From Octopus sinensis (taxonomy: Eukaryota), in NCBI RefSeq assembly GCF_006345805.1, contig NC_043013.1, positions 1,488,001 to 1,552,000 of the forward strand: a stretch of DNA of 64,000 nt, in the 5' to 3' direction. The notes under the pieces were generated by a model. It had not been told where the DNA came from. It worked only from the letters and a program-made list of their open reading frames with translations, and searched no databases. This document shows, piece by piece, positions 49,390 through 64,000 of the stretch (within the stretch, counting starts at the first letter, position 1; every line of letters starts with the position of its first letter). A program made the position numbers and the translations under genes.

Positions 49390-50978
49390 CACACGCACAC
49401 ACACATATGCGTTCACACACGGACACACAGACAGACAGAAAGACACACACACACATGTCCCTTCTTGCTTTTCGTCTCGTTTACCATCACAGGTACACAC
49501 GTACCACATCGCTTCAAGCTAACATGGCCACCGATCCTCACACTTTTCCTATCACTTCCCTAAATGTGCCCCAAGGTTGCGCTGTACCCCTGCCAACCTT
49601 TAAACATTTTTTCTTTCTCTCTATCTCTTTCCCTCCATCCCTTGCTCTCTCTCTCTCTCGCTCTTAATATGCCCCCATTGTTAGAAGTCTATTAGAAAGT
49701 CTCTAATTTCCATGAAAGATATCCATTCTGATCTTGTCAACTGTTACCTTCACTTCAATCCCTCGTGTGCCCTAAAGTTTAGTTTCGATTCTCAGATTCT
49801 TTCTCCTTTGCATTAACAAACTGTTGGTTGCCACCTCCGCTGACGTCCACCTCTCCCCAGATCACATCACCCTTCATTCAACGTCATCTCTCCGCGGCCA
49901 GGCGTTACCTGCATCTATCATATCACTCCGGTGACACCAGTTCTAAATTCATGAATACGGACCTCGGAAACATCATTCAACGTCAATCCAATCTCCTTCT
50001 GCAGCACAAACAGACAATCACAAAAACATATCAAGGAATGACCATGTCCATCCCTAAACACAACCAACATACATTTAGCACAACATAGACAAATATAGGT
50101 ATATCATATACCATACGATATATATTCTTGGTTTATTAAAATCATCTTTGCTTCTAGATTACCATTTGGTCATTGTGATGCATCCTGTAGAGACAGAGAT
50201 AATTTTAAGAAATCAAACTTTTGTGGTTTCATTTATACCTGTATGGTATTTGATAGACCTGTATTCCAATACATGCCCCTGGCCACTCTGAGTGATTTAT
50301 TTAAGCTCATTTAAAAAAAAATTATGCATATTACCTCAACCATAAATTTGTTGTACTCTTTTTGCATAAGTTCTTTGGCTACTAGAGAGAAGATTTAACA
50401 TTTGTCGTGCTGATGATGATTATTGAGGCAGAAACGCATGTCCATAGCTCTCCTTTTATCTCCGGACAATAAACCTGTCCTTTTCCTTAATGTAATGTCA
50501 GCTTTAGAGAATTCTTGATTCTTTTCATGCAGAACTGGTTTCCATTACCATTTGGTCGTTTGCGATACATCCTCTAGGGGCGGAGATAATTTTAATAAAA
50601 CAAAACTTTATCTTGTAAGACATTATATTTGTCCGTGTTGTTCAAATACATGTTACTGGGTCACTGGGCACTCTTGAGTCATTTCCCTCCGCTCATTTTT
50701 GTTTAAAATTATGCACCCGTAACCTTCAAAGTCGCTATAAATGCTAGACCGAATGCACGGTATCAAAAAGATTGACTTATCTTTTCAAAGCTAGTAAACA
50801 AAAAAAAAATAGAAGTTCACCTCGCAACATCTAGCTGTCACCTGAGCTCCGGTGAGACCCACAGTGAAGTACATCACTTGTAAATGCTGAGAAAGTTAGG
50901 TGGGATTCATTGTGTGTTGGTTTGGTGAAGATATGCAACGACATTGTTAGTAATAGTAGAGATAATAATGATATAAAT

Positions 50979-51200
50979 CAGTGCTTCGCAAAGTGGGCGG
51001 GACTGACCCCTGGTGGCGGAGGTGGAAAAAAATTTTGTATGGGAAATGGGGATAAAGGGAGCAGTAAGGGGCGATAGATGCGCGTGTTGGGTTTTTCAGT
51101 CTTCGTTCCTTGTTTGAATAATAAATTGTTTTGAAAAAAAATTAGATGTAATAGTACGACAAACTGGTTTTTCGGTACAATCACAACAACAACAGCAACA
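50979..51200. mobile_element. Possible hAT-type MITE left end
   Basis: Begins CAGTGCTTCGCAAAGTGGG, resembling hAT/Charlie TIRs; partner end not found. Confidence 0.3.
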
Positions 51201-51201
51201 G

Positions 51202-51237
<36 letters not shown>

Positions 51238-51979
51238 TCCTTTCTATTATGGGCACAAGGCCTGGAATTTGTAAGCGAAGGGGCTAATAATAAGAATCCT
51301 TTCTACTATAGGTACAAGGTCTAAAATATTTTGGGGAGGAGAGTAGTAGATTACATCGACCCCAGTACTTGACTGATACTTACTTTGTCGATCCCAAAAG
51401 GATGAAAGGCAAAGTCAACCTCGGCGAATTTGAAATCAGAACCTAAGACGGACGAAATGCCTCAAACCATTTTGTCTGACGTGCTAACGATTGTCAGTTT
51501 ACTCTCTTATAATAATAATGATGATGATGATGATGATGATGAGGATGACATTGATGATGATGATGATAATAATAATGATAATTATAGTAATTATAATAAC
51601 ATATTTTAAAAAAAGAATTGACGTAACTCTTCACGAAGGTAAACAGTCAAGACGAAGAGCATGATTCGATTGTAAGTTATTTTATTGAACGTTCAACAGA
51701 ATGTCTGTCTTTGTCAAGTTCAAAATAAGAAGTGATAAAAATTCAGAAATTTAAACGTAAAGTATGAACGAGAGCAAGTAGCGTCCACACGTTGATGGAA
51801 TGACATCATCAGTCTTTAAGTCTTTAACAGGCGAAAAGAAAGAAAAAAAAAACAGAAAAAAGAAGACGACAGAAAAAAGGAACGAAAAAGAGAGAAAGAA
51901 GAATATTTAATCAAACAGCTTTTTATAAATTTGATAATATTCTCCTGTCATCTTATTCATCCCTCCTGGGCGTGATGTT

Positions 51980-52040
<61 letters not shown>

Positions 52041-52084
52041 GATTTCAAAAAGTGGATAAGTAAATAAAGAAAACCGAATATATA

Positions 52085-52290
52085 CCATATAGTGAGAATT
52101 TACAAAAAAACAAAAGACGAAAACGTGTGTGTAAACAACAAACAGATGTATTAGTTTAACGCTCGTGAAGTGTGAAAGTCTTTTACGTTTCGAGCCTACG
52201 CACTTCGACAGAAAGGAACATAGAAATAAACAGGGAGAGGAAACAGAAACAGAAAAAGGTTCAGTGGCTAGCGATCTATCATGGCGAATA
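52085..52290 (-). repeat. Family A hammerhead-bearing short repeat
   Basis: Reverse complement of 52178-52219: TTCCTTT-CTGTCGA-A-GTGC-GTAG-GCTC-GAAAC-GTA-AAAGAC. Confidence 0.72.
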
Positions 52291-52987
52291 TATATACCAT
52301 ATATACTTATAAGTGGATGCTACTGAGGTGTATAGTCACCTGCTTCAAACTAGAATCCAGAACATTAATCTTTGGTTTTACTTGTATGTACATTAAAACA
52401 AAAGAGTGATTTTTGGATCGTAGCAAATGAGTATTGATAAAGCATTGCTAAATAAAAAAAAAATGGCGATCGTTAAAAAGTTGGAGAAACATTCATATAA
52501 ATTAATATTGTTGAGGGAATAGTGACGTAATTTTCTCACAACGAACGCACACATACCATACGCTCACATGCATATAACCTTCGCCGACAAATTATCTTAT
52601 CCTAGATGTTAAAGACAATGGCTATCAGTAATGCCTGTTCTGGAATTTAAAGTTAATAACAGCTCGCACAACACTGCTAAGACTTTCAGCTACAAACCCA
52701 GATAATGCAGAAACCAACAAGCGCAAGGTCTCTGGCTTCGCAATGAGGAGGGTGTTGTTTCGAAACTTCCTTCTCCTCGAGAGATGTTTAAACAAAGCCC
52801 ATGGTTTACTCACTCCCAGCTGTTGGATGACCATTGACTTTACTGAGTTCATCCGCCCAGTCACAGGTTTTGTTTTTCGTCCTGCAGGGTGTCCAACGAA
52901 CAACCGCCATCTTTACAAAGTAGGCCTGGTTTAATCGCGGACAGCTCGATCATGCGACAGATTGTACTGGGTTACGTTTCCAGAAAT

Positions 52988-53260
52988 GCATACATACATA
53001 CATACATACATACATACATACATACATACATACATGCATACAAACATACTACATACATACATACATACATACATACATGCAAACATACATACATACATAC
53101 ATACATACAAACATACATACATACATACATACATGCACGCACGCATGCATGCATACATACATACAAACAAACATACATACATACATACATACAAACATAC
53201 AAACATACATACATACATACATACATACATACATACATGCAAACATACATACATACATAC
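52988..53260. repeat. (CATA)n tract with CAAA/CATG variants, 3' flank of the CR1 element
   Basis: Directly visible. Confidence 0.97.
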
Positions 53261-56200
53261 ATCCTTAAATCCTTAAATCCTTAAAAATGTTTTAGCCCGA
53301 AGACCGCGGCCATGCTGGGGCACCACCGCTGAATGAGCTACACTAGTTTGTGAATCCACCTCTGATACGTGGCACTTGATCAACAAGGGAGTTCGATGCT
53401 GCTGCCCGCATCCGTGTCTCCTGTCATGAGGTAGGTTCATTTGGGACTCCCAACAAGAAGAGATCCAGTTTAGTTTTAAAGAAACCCACATCCACACCAT
53501 GTAAGTCTCTCAGGCATTTAGGGAGGATGTTAAAGAGCTGTGGTCCTCTGAAACCCAAGCTGTTGCAGTATCTGGACCTGTATTTTGATGGTGATGTTGG
53601 AATCCTTGGCACCACGCAGCGGCGCCCCGTTCTGCGGTTGGAGTAACTTTGAATGCCAAAGTTTGGGACAAGACCCTCCAGGATTTTCCAGATGTATATC
53701 ACTGCATATCTCTCCCGCCTCCGCTCCAGAGAGAAGAGGTTTAATATCTTCAGTCTTTCCCAGTAGCTGACATTTTGCATTGAGACGATTTTCTTTGTGT
53801 AGCTTCTCTGAGTTGCTTCGAGTTCTGCTGTTTGTTTTATATTGTGTGGTGACCAAAGTTGGGAGCAGTAGTCCAAGCGGCTGAGGACAAATGTTTTCCA
53901 TAGGACCATCAGTGTCTCCTTCTCTCTTGTTCTGAAAGTTCGGAGAATCCATCCAGCTAGCCGTCTGCATTTTATCACCAGATTAGCAATATGCATTTGG
54001 AAAGATGCATCATTGCTCATGTCAATGCCCAGGTCACGCACTGATTTTGACTCAGGGATTGCAATTCTTCCTGGGCCAGTGTATCCAGTCTTCACGTCAT
54101 TTACCTTTGTGTGCCAGTAGCGCAGGGCCTGGAACTTACCTGCATTAAACTGCATGTTGTTGTCCTCAGCCCACCTGTATATTGTGTCCAGCTCATGTTG
54201 CAGATGCGCAATATTTTCAGGGTTTTGTATTGCGTGGGAGACTTTTGTGTCATCTGCATAGCTAGCAAGGGTGGTCATCGTAGCAACTGAAGGCATGTCT
54301 GAAAGGGCCACTATGAACATCAGTGGCCCCAAGACAGTGCCCTGTGGGACACCGCTTGTTATTTGCGTTTCCCTGGAGGTGGCTCCATTGCTCACAACTG
54401 CCTGTGTTTTCTGTCTTTTAGGAAGTTGTGCAGCCACTCTCCAAGTTTCCCGCCTATGCCGAGACCACGCAGTTTGTGACAGATCATACCATGGTCGACT
54501 TTATCAAAGGCTTTTGCAAAGTCAAGATATATTACATCCACATTTGAGCCATTTAGTAGCTGTTTCAACACCCAGTCATAGTGTTGCAGGAGCTGTGTTA
54601 GGCAGCCTCTACCTGGTCGAAATCCATGCTGGGTGTCAGACAGTAAGTCATTTTCTTCAAGGAACATGATTAGTTTCTTACGGACTATTCGTTCCATGAC
54701 TTTGCTGATGTGTGAGGTCAGAGAGATAGGCCTATAATTTTTAGCATCTGCTCTGCTACCTCCCTTATGGATAGGGCATATTACCCCTCTTTCAGTTTGA
54801 CTGGGAGCTTACCACTTGCAAGAAAGCTCTGAAAAAGAAGCTGTGTAGCGGTTTTGCAAGGGCTCGTTTGCACGATTTGAGAAGGATCGCTGGGAATCCA
54901 TCAGGTCCAGCAGCTGAGTTTGTGTCAATCTCATCAATGGCTAGTGTGATATCATCTTCTTCGATGTTGATGTACTCAATTTTGTCTCTTTGGCCGCTGG
55001 TAAAGTGGCAAAGAATTCTTCTGGGTTGTTTACTTGCCTGTGTCCTAGAGGTGTAGTGAACACACTTTGGAACTGTTCGTTCAGTATTTCACTTATCCTC
55101 GTGGGATTTCCTGTGAGAGAGCCATCTTTTTGGAAGAGAGGTCCTATTCTCTGGTGCACTGTGGCTGTCTCTTTGGCAAACTTAAAGAAAGCTTTAGGGT
55201 TTGATTTTATATTTTCTATTACCCAAGCTTCTTTATCTGCTCTCTCCTTTTCATGGGACTGATGTAGACTTTTCAGTTTCCATTAGCATTCTTTCGAGCC
55301 GAGACTTCTCACCACTTTTGGTGTGCTTGCTCAGGCGGTTTGCAATCCTTGTCCGTCGTCTCATAAGAATCCTCCTTTCTCTAGGGATCCTGTTTTTGTT
55401 CTTGTGTGTGCTGGCCCTGCACATTGGGACATATTGTCACATATGGCTTGTATTATGGACATGAAGTGTTTGTGTTTCATGTTTATGTCCGGTGTGGAGA
55501 GACATTCAGGCCAATCCTGTTTGAGGATCTCTTTCTCAATCGACTTCCAGTTGGCTTTATGAAAGTTTAAGTTGGAGAGATGGTAGGTGCTTCGTATAGG
55601 CTGTGTGTCTGCGGGGGCTTTTGTTCCATACATAGACAGCTCTATTATGTTGTGATCCGAGATCATTGTCGGCATCACATTAACATTATGGATAATATCC
55701 ATATTGTTTGTGAAGCAGAGATCCAGTATATTATCTGCCCTTGTTGGTTGCAGAACTATTTGCTCCATGAAAGAGGTATTTGTGAGATGGAGCAGGGACT
55801 CCACCTGTGCCTGCTGATGGTGTGTCATCCCTGGGAGCATCTGCCCCCCAGGCCATTCCACATTGGGGAGGTTAAAGTCACCCATGAAGAATACACTGTT
55901 GTGCTGTTCAAGGTTGGTGAGGACATGCCTGAGTGTTTTGGGGCGTCTGGTGGGCGATATGTAGTGCATATGACGATATTCAGTTGTCTTATGTGTACAA
56001 TTTGAGTTTCACATACTGAGTTTGAATATGACAGCAGGACCTGGGGCGTGAGGTCATCTCGGATGTACATTGCAACTCCACCATGGCTCCTCCCTTTTCT
56101 ATCTGTGCGTATGACTGCATATTGCGGCATGTGTATTTCTGCATCACCTATATCGGGTTCAAGATGCGTTTCTGTGAGTGCCATGCATATAGCTTGATTG

Positions 56201-57083
56201 CATGTCACAAGGTCTCTCAGGAATGAAATTTTCTTTTTACAGTTTCCGCGCAGCAGCCCTCCTACATTCAGTAGAAATATTTTTGTGGTGTGTGTGTTGG
56301 TGTTGGTGTCTGTGGTGGCCATCCTGCATCTGTTGGAGGTGGCCTTATGTGGTGGTAGTTCCAGCTTTGTGCTTGTAGCCAGGTCAGCTGCTGAACAATT
56401 TTTTGTGCCATGCACAAAAAAGACTGCTGTTCAGCTGCCGCCCTTCTCACATCTGGGTGAAGCTGGCCACCTGTTGGGTTTCCGCGCACCACATCTGCAT
56501 AACGTCTTCAGTAGTGGTCAGTGCGCTTTTTTCCCTTCTTTTACTTTTTGTTTTTGTTTTTGTTCTCCCTGAGGGAGGGACCTCTGTCTCGCGTCCGTGC
56601 GGTTTTGGTAGGGCCTCCGATGTGCAAAGCGACAGTTTGCACCTTCAACGCCGTACCAGCAGTCCCCCCTCAGGTAGAATTTGCAGGTGTTTCTTTCCCT
56701 GCCCTTACAGTTTTTGCTGGGGTCCCTCTGCTTTCTCTGGACAGGGCTTCCTTTAGCCTTGATTCTGTCACCGTTTACCTCCTGCTTCCCATCAATTCCA
56801 GGGTGCCTTTCCTTTCTTGCGGCCATCGCACCTCTTTGGTCTTCAGTTGTGGTGTTGGAAGCTGGACATGTGTCATCGTTTCCCTGTGTTCCAGGCTTCT
56901 CCATTTGGCTCTCGATGCTTTCCTCATCCTTTTGGCCCTCCCTGCTGCCGTCACCTCCCAGGATGATGTCCAGGGTGTCCACATGTTGCCTGATTAGAGC
57001 GTACGAACGAATAACTTCTCTCTTCTTTCGCTCTATCTGCGAGGTGGTTCTCGAAAAATTGTTGCTTTTCAGCGATCCTCCAA
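53261..57083 (-). mobile_element. Near-full-length CR1-clade LINE (ORF1 with CCCH finger; ORF2 APE plus RT), frameshifted
   Basis: ORF1 CKFYLRGDCWYGVEGANCRFAH; APE LTETHL, GGVAMYI, MGDFNLP, NILDLCF, SDHNII; RT QHGFRPGRGC, YLDFAKAFDKVDH, GVPQGTVLGP, YADDTK, LERRRERY; terminal 8-bp repeat (TTAAGGAT)x3. The 5' end abuts the array without a visible ORF1 start. Confidence 0.95.
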
Positions 57084-58525
57084 GCGCGGACGAACATACA
57101 AACATACATACATACATGCATACAAACATACATACATACATACATACATACATACAAACATACATACATACATACATACATACACACATACATACATACA
57201 AACATACATACAAACATACATACATACATACAAACATACATACATACATACATACATACAAACATACATACATACAAACATACATACATACATACATACA
57301 TACAAACATACATACATACATACATCAAAACAACATACATACATAAATGCATACAAACACATACATACATACATACATACAAACATACATACATAGTACA
57401 TAATTAACAAACATACATACATACATACATACATACATACATACATACAAACATACATACATACATACATACATACAAACATACATACATACAACATACA
57501 TACTACATACATACATACAAACATACATACATACATACATACATACATACAAACATACATACAATACATACATACATACAAACATACATACATACATACA
57601 TACATACAAACTACATACATACAACCAAATACAGACTACATACAAACACATACATACATACAATACAAACAATACATACACAAACCCATACATACATACA
57701 TACATACATATAGACATACATACATACATACAAACATACATACATACATACAAACATACATACATACATACATATACAAACATATAGACATACATACATA
57801 CATACAAACACATACATACATATATACATACATACATACATACATACAAACATACATACATACATACATACATACATACATACATACATACATACATACA
57901 TACATACAAACATACATACATACAAACACATACATACATACATACATACAAAAAACACATACATACTACATACATACATACATACATACATACATAACAT
58001 ACAAACATACATACATACATACAAACATACATACATACATACATACATACAAACATACATACATACATACAGACATACATACATACATACATACAAACAC
58101 ATACATACATACATACATACATACATACAAACATACATACATACATACATACATACAAACATACATACATACATACATACAAACATACATACATACATAC
58201 ATACATATAGACATACATACATACATACAAACATACATACATACAAACACATACATACATACATACATACATACATACATACATACAAACATACATACAT
58301 ACATACATACATACATACAAACACATACATACATACATACATACATACAAACATACATACATACATACATACAAACATACATACATACATACAAACATAC
58401 ATACAAACATACATACATACATACATACATACATACATACATACATACATACAAACATACATACATACATACATACATACAAACATACATACATACATAC
58501 ATACAAACATACATACATATAGACA

Positions 58526-58557
<32 letters not shown>

Positions 58558-58971
58558 GACATACATACATACATACATACATACATACATACATACATAC
58601 ATACATACATACAAACATACATACATACATACATACAAACATACATACATACATACATACATATAGACATACATACATACATACAAACACATACATACAT
58701 ATACATACCATACATACATACATACAAACATACATACATACATAATACATACATACATACATACAACTACATACATACAAACACATACATACGACATACA
58801 TACATACAAACAATACATACATACATACATACAACATACATACATAACATACATACATACATACATACAAACATACATACATACATACAACAACATACAT
58901 ACATACATACATACATACAAAACATACGACATACATACATACATACATACATACATACATACATACAAACA

Positions 58972-59003
<32 letters not shown>

Positions 59004-59409
59004 CAAACATACATACATACATACATACATACAAACATACATACATACATACATACAAACATACATACATACATACATATAGACATACATACATACATAC
59101 AAACATACATACATACAAACACATACATACATACATACATACATACATACATACATACATACATACATACAAACATACATACATACATACATACATACAA
59201 ACATACATACATACATACATACATACAAAACATACATACATACATACAACAACATACATACATACATACATAATACATACATACAAACATACATACATAC
59301 ATACATACATACATACATACATACAAACATACATACATACATACATACATACAAACATACATACATACATACATACAAACATACATACATATAGACATAC
59401 ATACATACA

Positions 59410-59441
<32 letters not shown>

Positions 59442-59529
59442 GACATACATACATACATACATACATACATACACACATACATACATACATACATATAGAC
59501 ATACATACATACATACATACATACATACA

Positions 59530-59561
<32 letters not shown>

Positions 59562-59775
59562 GACATACATACATACATACATACAAACACATACATACAT
59601 ACATACATACAAACATACATACATACATACATACATACAAACATACATACATATAGACATACATACATACATACATACATACATACAAACATACATACAT
59701 ACATACATACATACATACATACAAACATACATACATATAGACATACATACATACATACAAACACACATACATACA

Positions 59776-59807
<32 letters not shown>

Positions 59808-59935
59808 GACATACATACATACATACATACATACATACAAACATACATACATACATATAGACATACATACATACATATAGACATACATACATACATACAT
59901 ACATACAAACATACATACATACATACATACAAACA

Positions 59936-59967
<32 letters not shown>

Positions 59968-60372
59968 GACATACATACATACATACATACATACATACAT
60001 ACATACAAACATACATACATACATATAGACATACATACATACATACATACAAACATACATACATACATACATACATACAAACATACATACATACATACAT
60101 ACATATAGACATACATACATACATACATACATACATACATACATACATACATACAAACATACATACATACATACATACAAACATACATACATATAGACAT
60201 ACATACATTACATACATACAAACATACATACCATACATATACATACATACTACAAACATACATACATACATACATACATACATACAACATACATACATAC
60301 ATACATACATACAAACAACATACATACATACATACAAACATACATACATACATACATACATACATACAAACA

Positions 60373-60404
<32 letters not shown>

Positions 60405-60925
60405 GACATACATACATACATATAGACATACATACATACATACATACATACATACATACAAACATACATACATATAGACATACATACATACATACATACA
60501 AACATACATACATACATACATACATACATACATACATACATACAAACATACATACATACATACAAACATACATACATACATACATACATACATACAAACA
60601 TACATACATACATACATACATACATACATACAAACATACATACATACATACAAACATACATACATACATACATAATACATACAACAAACATACCATACAT
60701 ACATACATACATACTATGACATACATACATACATACATACAAACATACATACATACATACATACAAACATACATACATATAGACATACATACATACATAC
60801 AAACATACATACATACATACATACATACATACATACATACATACATACATACATACATACAAACATACATACATACATACATACATACAAACATACATAC
60901 ATACATACATACATACATACAAACA

Positions 60926-60957
<32 letters not shown>

Positions 60958-61864
60958 GACATACATACATACATACAAACATACATACATACATACATAC
61001 AAACATACATACATACATACATACATACAAACATACATACATACATACATACATACAAACATACATACATACAAACACATACATACATACATACATACAT
61101 ACATACATACAAACACATACATACATACGTACATACATACATACATACATACATACAAACATACATACATACATACAAACATACATACATACAAACACAT
61201 ACATACATACATACATACATACAAACATACATACATACATACATACATACATACATACATACATACATACATACATACAAACATACATACATACATACAT
61301 ACATACATACATACAAACATACATACATACAAACATACATACATACAAACACATACAAACATACATACAAACATACATACATACATACATACAAACATAC
61401 ATACATACATACATACATACAAACATACATACATACATATAGACATACATACATACATACATATAGACATACATACATACATACATACAAACACATACAT
61501 ACATACATACATACATACATACAAACACATACATACATACATACATACAAACATACATACATACATACATACAAACATACATACATACATACATACATAC
61601 AAACATACATACATACATACATACATACAAACATACATACATACATACATACAAACATACATACATATAGACATACATACATACATACATACATACATAC
61701 ATACATACATACATACAAACATACATACATACATACATACATACAAACATACATACATACAAACATACATACATACAAACATACATACAAACATACATAC
61801 ATACATGCATGCATGCATGTACATACATACACATACATACATACATACATACAAACATACATAC
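57084..61864. repeat. ~4.8-kb degenerate (CATA)n array
   Basis: Directly visible; CAAA, TAGA and CACA variant units; source of the 1421-aa and 959-aa pseudo-ORFs. Confidence 0.98.
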
Positions 61865-61869
61865 GTAAC

Positions 61870-63845
61870 CTGCCAAAATATCATGTACAAATCATAGGCT
61901 GGGTATTTCAGTCTATTCTTGCAGGATCCTTCTGCTACCAACATTATAACAGCTGAGCAAACTGAAGTAAAGAATTAGATGTAGGGAGCAGAGGTGTATA
62001 CAGTTGTTAATAAGTAACAAAATGATCCAAAAAAACCCCCCACAAGAACTTAATGGTAATTGGACTACCTAAAGTCTTTTCATAGCTTATCGTATGGGTG
62101 GTTATCAAAGTTTTATATTTAGTCAAAGCCCCACAACATCTGGTGAGTGGTATTGAACGCCTGACAAAAACTTGGTGCGCCAATTTGCTCCTTGGAGTGA
62201 TAAAGAGGAGATTGAGTTGGATAGCATTCACTACAAAAAAGGCATCTTCCATTGCCTGTCAGTGTTGCTCTTCGTCCTCTCATTAAACCCACCGTCTTAT
62301 CTACTCATAAAAAATAGTGGCCATAGAAATGGATCCAGAAGTATCTCACATCATTTTCTTGTCATCGACCTGAAACCAAATGGGCCAAATATCAACTACA
62401 AAATAAAACAATTGCAGTCCATTACCCACCTTTATTTTTTTACAAATATTGGAACGAAATTTGGTGAGTCCAAATGTGCCCTCCTCTGAAAACCTAAAAC
62501 AGAACGGTTTTAAAATGCAACCTCTAAAGTCAGTTGACAATTATAGGTATCTCAGACAAGATGAGGATGTCACATATGAAGGACCCATAAATAAGAAGAG
62601 GACCAAGAGAGTAAAGAGGATATGGTGACTAGAACTCTCATCTCACAACAAACATTACCCACACTTTTGCTATGCTTGTCCTAAAGCCTATGTTTGGTCT
62701 TCTAAACTGGTCACTACAAGAACTCAATAAGAAACATGTTCCAACTCGCAAGCTGCTCAGTGTTACAGGAAATTTCAACATCAACAAAGATGTAGACATG
62801 CTTTATTCCCTACGCAAGGATGGTGGCCGTAGTTTAAAACCTGTTTGTCGCACATATTGTGACACTTAACCTACCTTTGCAGCAGTGGAAAGAATTTGTG
62901 CCCATGAAATCAACATAATTACGATAGCGAATGAATGTGAAGAGCGGTATGGAACAAGAGCTGATACAAATCTTCCCCCTCGCCAGGAGCATTGGTAGAA
63001 TCTATTCATTAGAAGAACAAAATAAAAAATGGACCAGTTCACTGAGAAGATAGTACATGGGTGCTTGGCACGAGAAACACAAACCGAAGAGGAAAATGAT
63101 CATGTCAAAAGCTTGGCATGGAGTAGGGATAAATTTATGACATCACACTTTGAATGCTGCCTCCATGGAATGGAAGAACAAAAAAGATTCTCATCAGTAC
63201 CTACAACACAAACAGCAGAAAACATTGACAGACAACAAACGTAGGCTGTGTATGGCCAAGGCTGAAGACATCAACCATATTATTGTCAACTTTCCATGAG
63301 CCAGAAGAGTATGGAACAGGATAACACAGAAGAAAACGCCTACGGACGAAGTTGACTATATTGAAATCGATGGGTAGAAAGAATAATGGGGGAACTTAAA
63401 AAATTTAAACAGCTGTGAAGTTAAAACACAACCGGTCACGTGTTGTGGTGTGGGACCAAGAAAAAAAAAACGCTGTGGAAATCGGCTGTCCACTTGACAC
63501 CAATGTGGTCAGAAAAATACAAGCGAAAGAGGAGATCTGTAGACCATAGATAAGGTGTGTGTGCAAATCCAGTGCCCAAGATACACCTTCAGGTTCATAC
63601 CTGTTATTACCGGAGCAACAGGATGAATACCAACCCATCTGGAATAAAATTTGGCTGAAGTTGGGATCTTTTGGAAAGAATACAAATCCTTAATCCATGT
63701 GCTACATGAGGGACTATATAAGTGTCTGCAAGACATTCTTAACGTTTAAAGAATGATGGTTAAAACTAGATGCTTTCCTTCACAATCCTGTTACCAAGGA
63801 GGCGGTAGCTCAAAATATAGTTTAAATTAAAAAGAGAAAGAGAAC
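61870..63845 (+). mobile_element. 5'-truncated, decayed RLE (R4/NeSL-like) non-LTR retrotransposon
   Basis: RT LDYLKSF, YKKGIF..LSVLLFVLSLNP, FLVIDLK, IGTKFGESKCA, LYSLRKDGGRSL; knuckle RLCMAKAEDINHII; RLE KHNRSRVVVWDQEKK, IPVITGATG; terminus GTISVCKTFLTFKE* (TGA 63754-63756); short 3' UTR then (CATA)/(CA) repeats. Confidence 0.88.
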
Positions 63846-64000
63846 ATACATACATACACACACACACACGCACGCACAAACATACATACATACATACATA
63901 CATGCTATGGCTGCCCCCTCGTTATCGAGTATGGCCATTGCACGAAGCTTAACTGTTATTGGTGCTGTGATAGAATGTGACTTTTTAGCCCAGCTAAAGA

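Noticed and set aside
50403-50450. CTGATGA..GAAAC..GTC hammerhead-like string
   Set aside because: Stem II barely pairs, stem I is weak and there is no second copy; probably chance.
51770-51815. Minus-strand CTGATGATGTC..GGACGCTAC, and similar remnants near 15470-15630
   Set aside because: The GAAA core is missing; too degenerate to call, though possibly dead pLTR ribozymes.
57325-61944. Very long ORFs (up to 1421 aa) of MYVC repeats, and similar ones at 23217-25612, 3986-4480 and 52889-53284
   Set aside because: (TATG)n/(CATA)n has no stop codon in any frame; these are microsatellite artefacts.

Overview
AT-rich, repeat-saturated animal DNA. The SINE families and microsatellite load point to an octopus/coleoid cephalopod genome (inference). 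Only one host coding exon is well supported: the terminal exon (17162-17586, minus) of a sclerostin/SOSTDC1-like cystine-knot gene; its upstream exon(s) could not be fixed. The rest is microsatellite (including 2.3-kb and 4.8-kb (TATG/CATA)n arrays that generate all the long 'MYVC/HTYI' ORFs) and mobile DNA: a near-full CR1 LINE inserted in a (CATA)n array, R4-like restriction-endonuclease (RLE) retrotransposons, Tx1/L1, RTE and Penelope-like remnants, a TIR-complete 1289-bp mariner, maT and Tigger fragments, and many tRNA-derived SINEs. The most interesting unannotated signals are: (1) at least eight minimal type-I hammerhead ribozyme motifs in three repeat families, one with an intact core lying sense-oriented in the SOSTDC1-like intron and one family with U at core position 6; (2) RLE retrotransposons and a 550-bp non-coding element that appear tied to specific microsatellites ((CATA)n vs (TAA)n); (3) loss of the LRP6-binding NxI motif in the sclerostin-like protein; (4) a covarying 3' hairpin shared by the CR1 LINE and a SINE family. 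All alignments were done by eye and reference sequences are recalled from memory.
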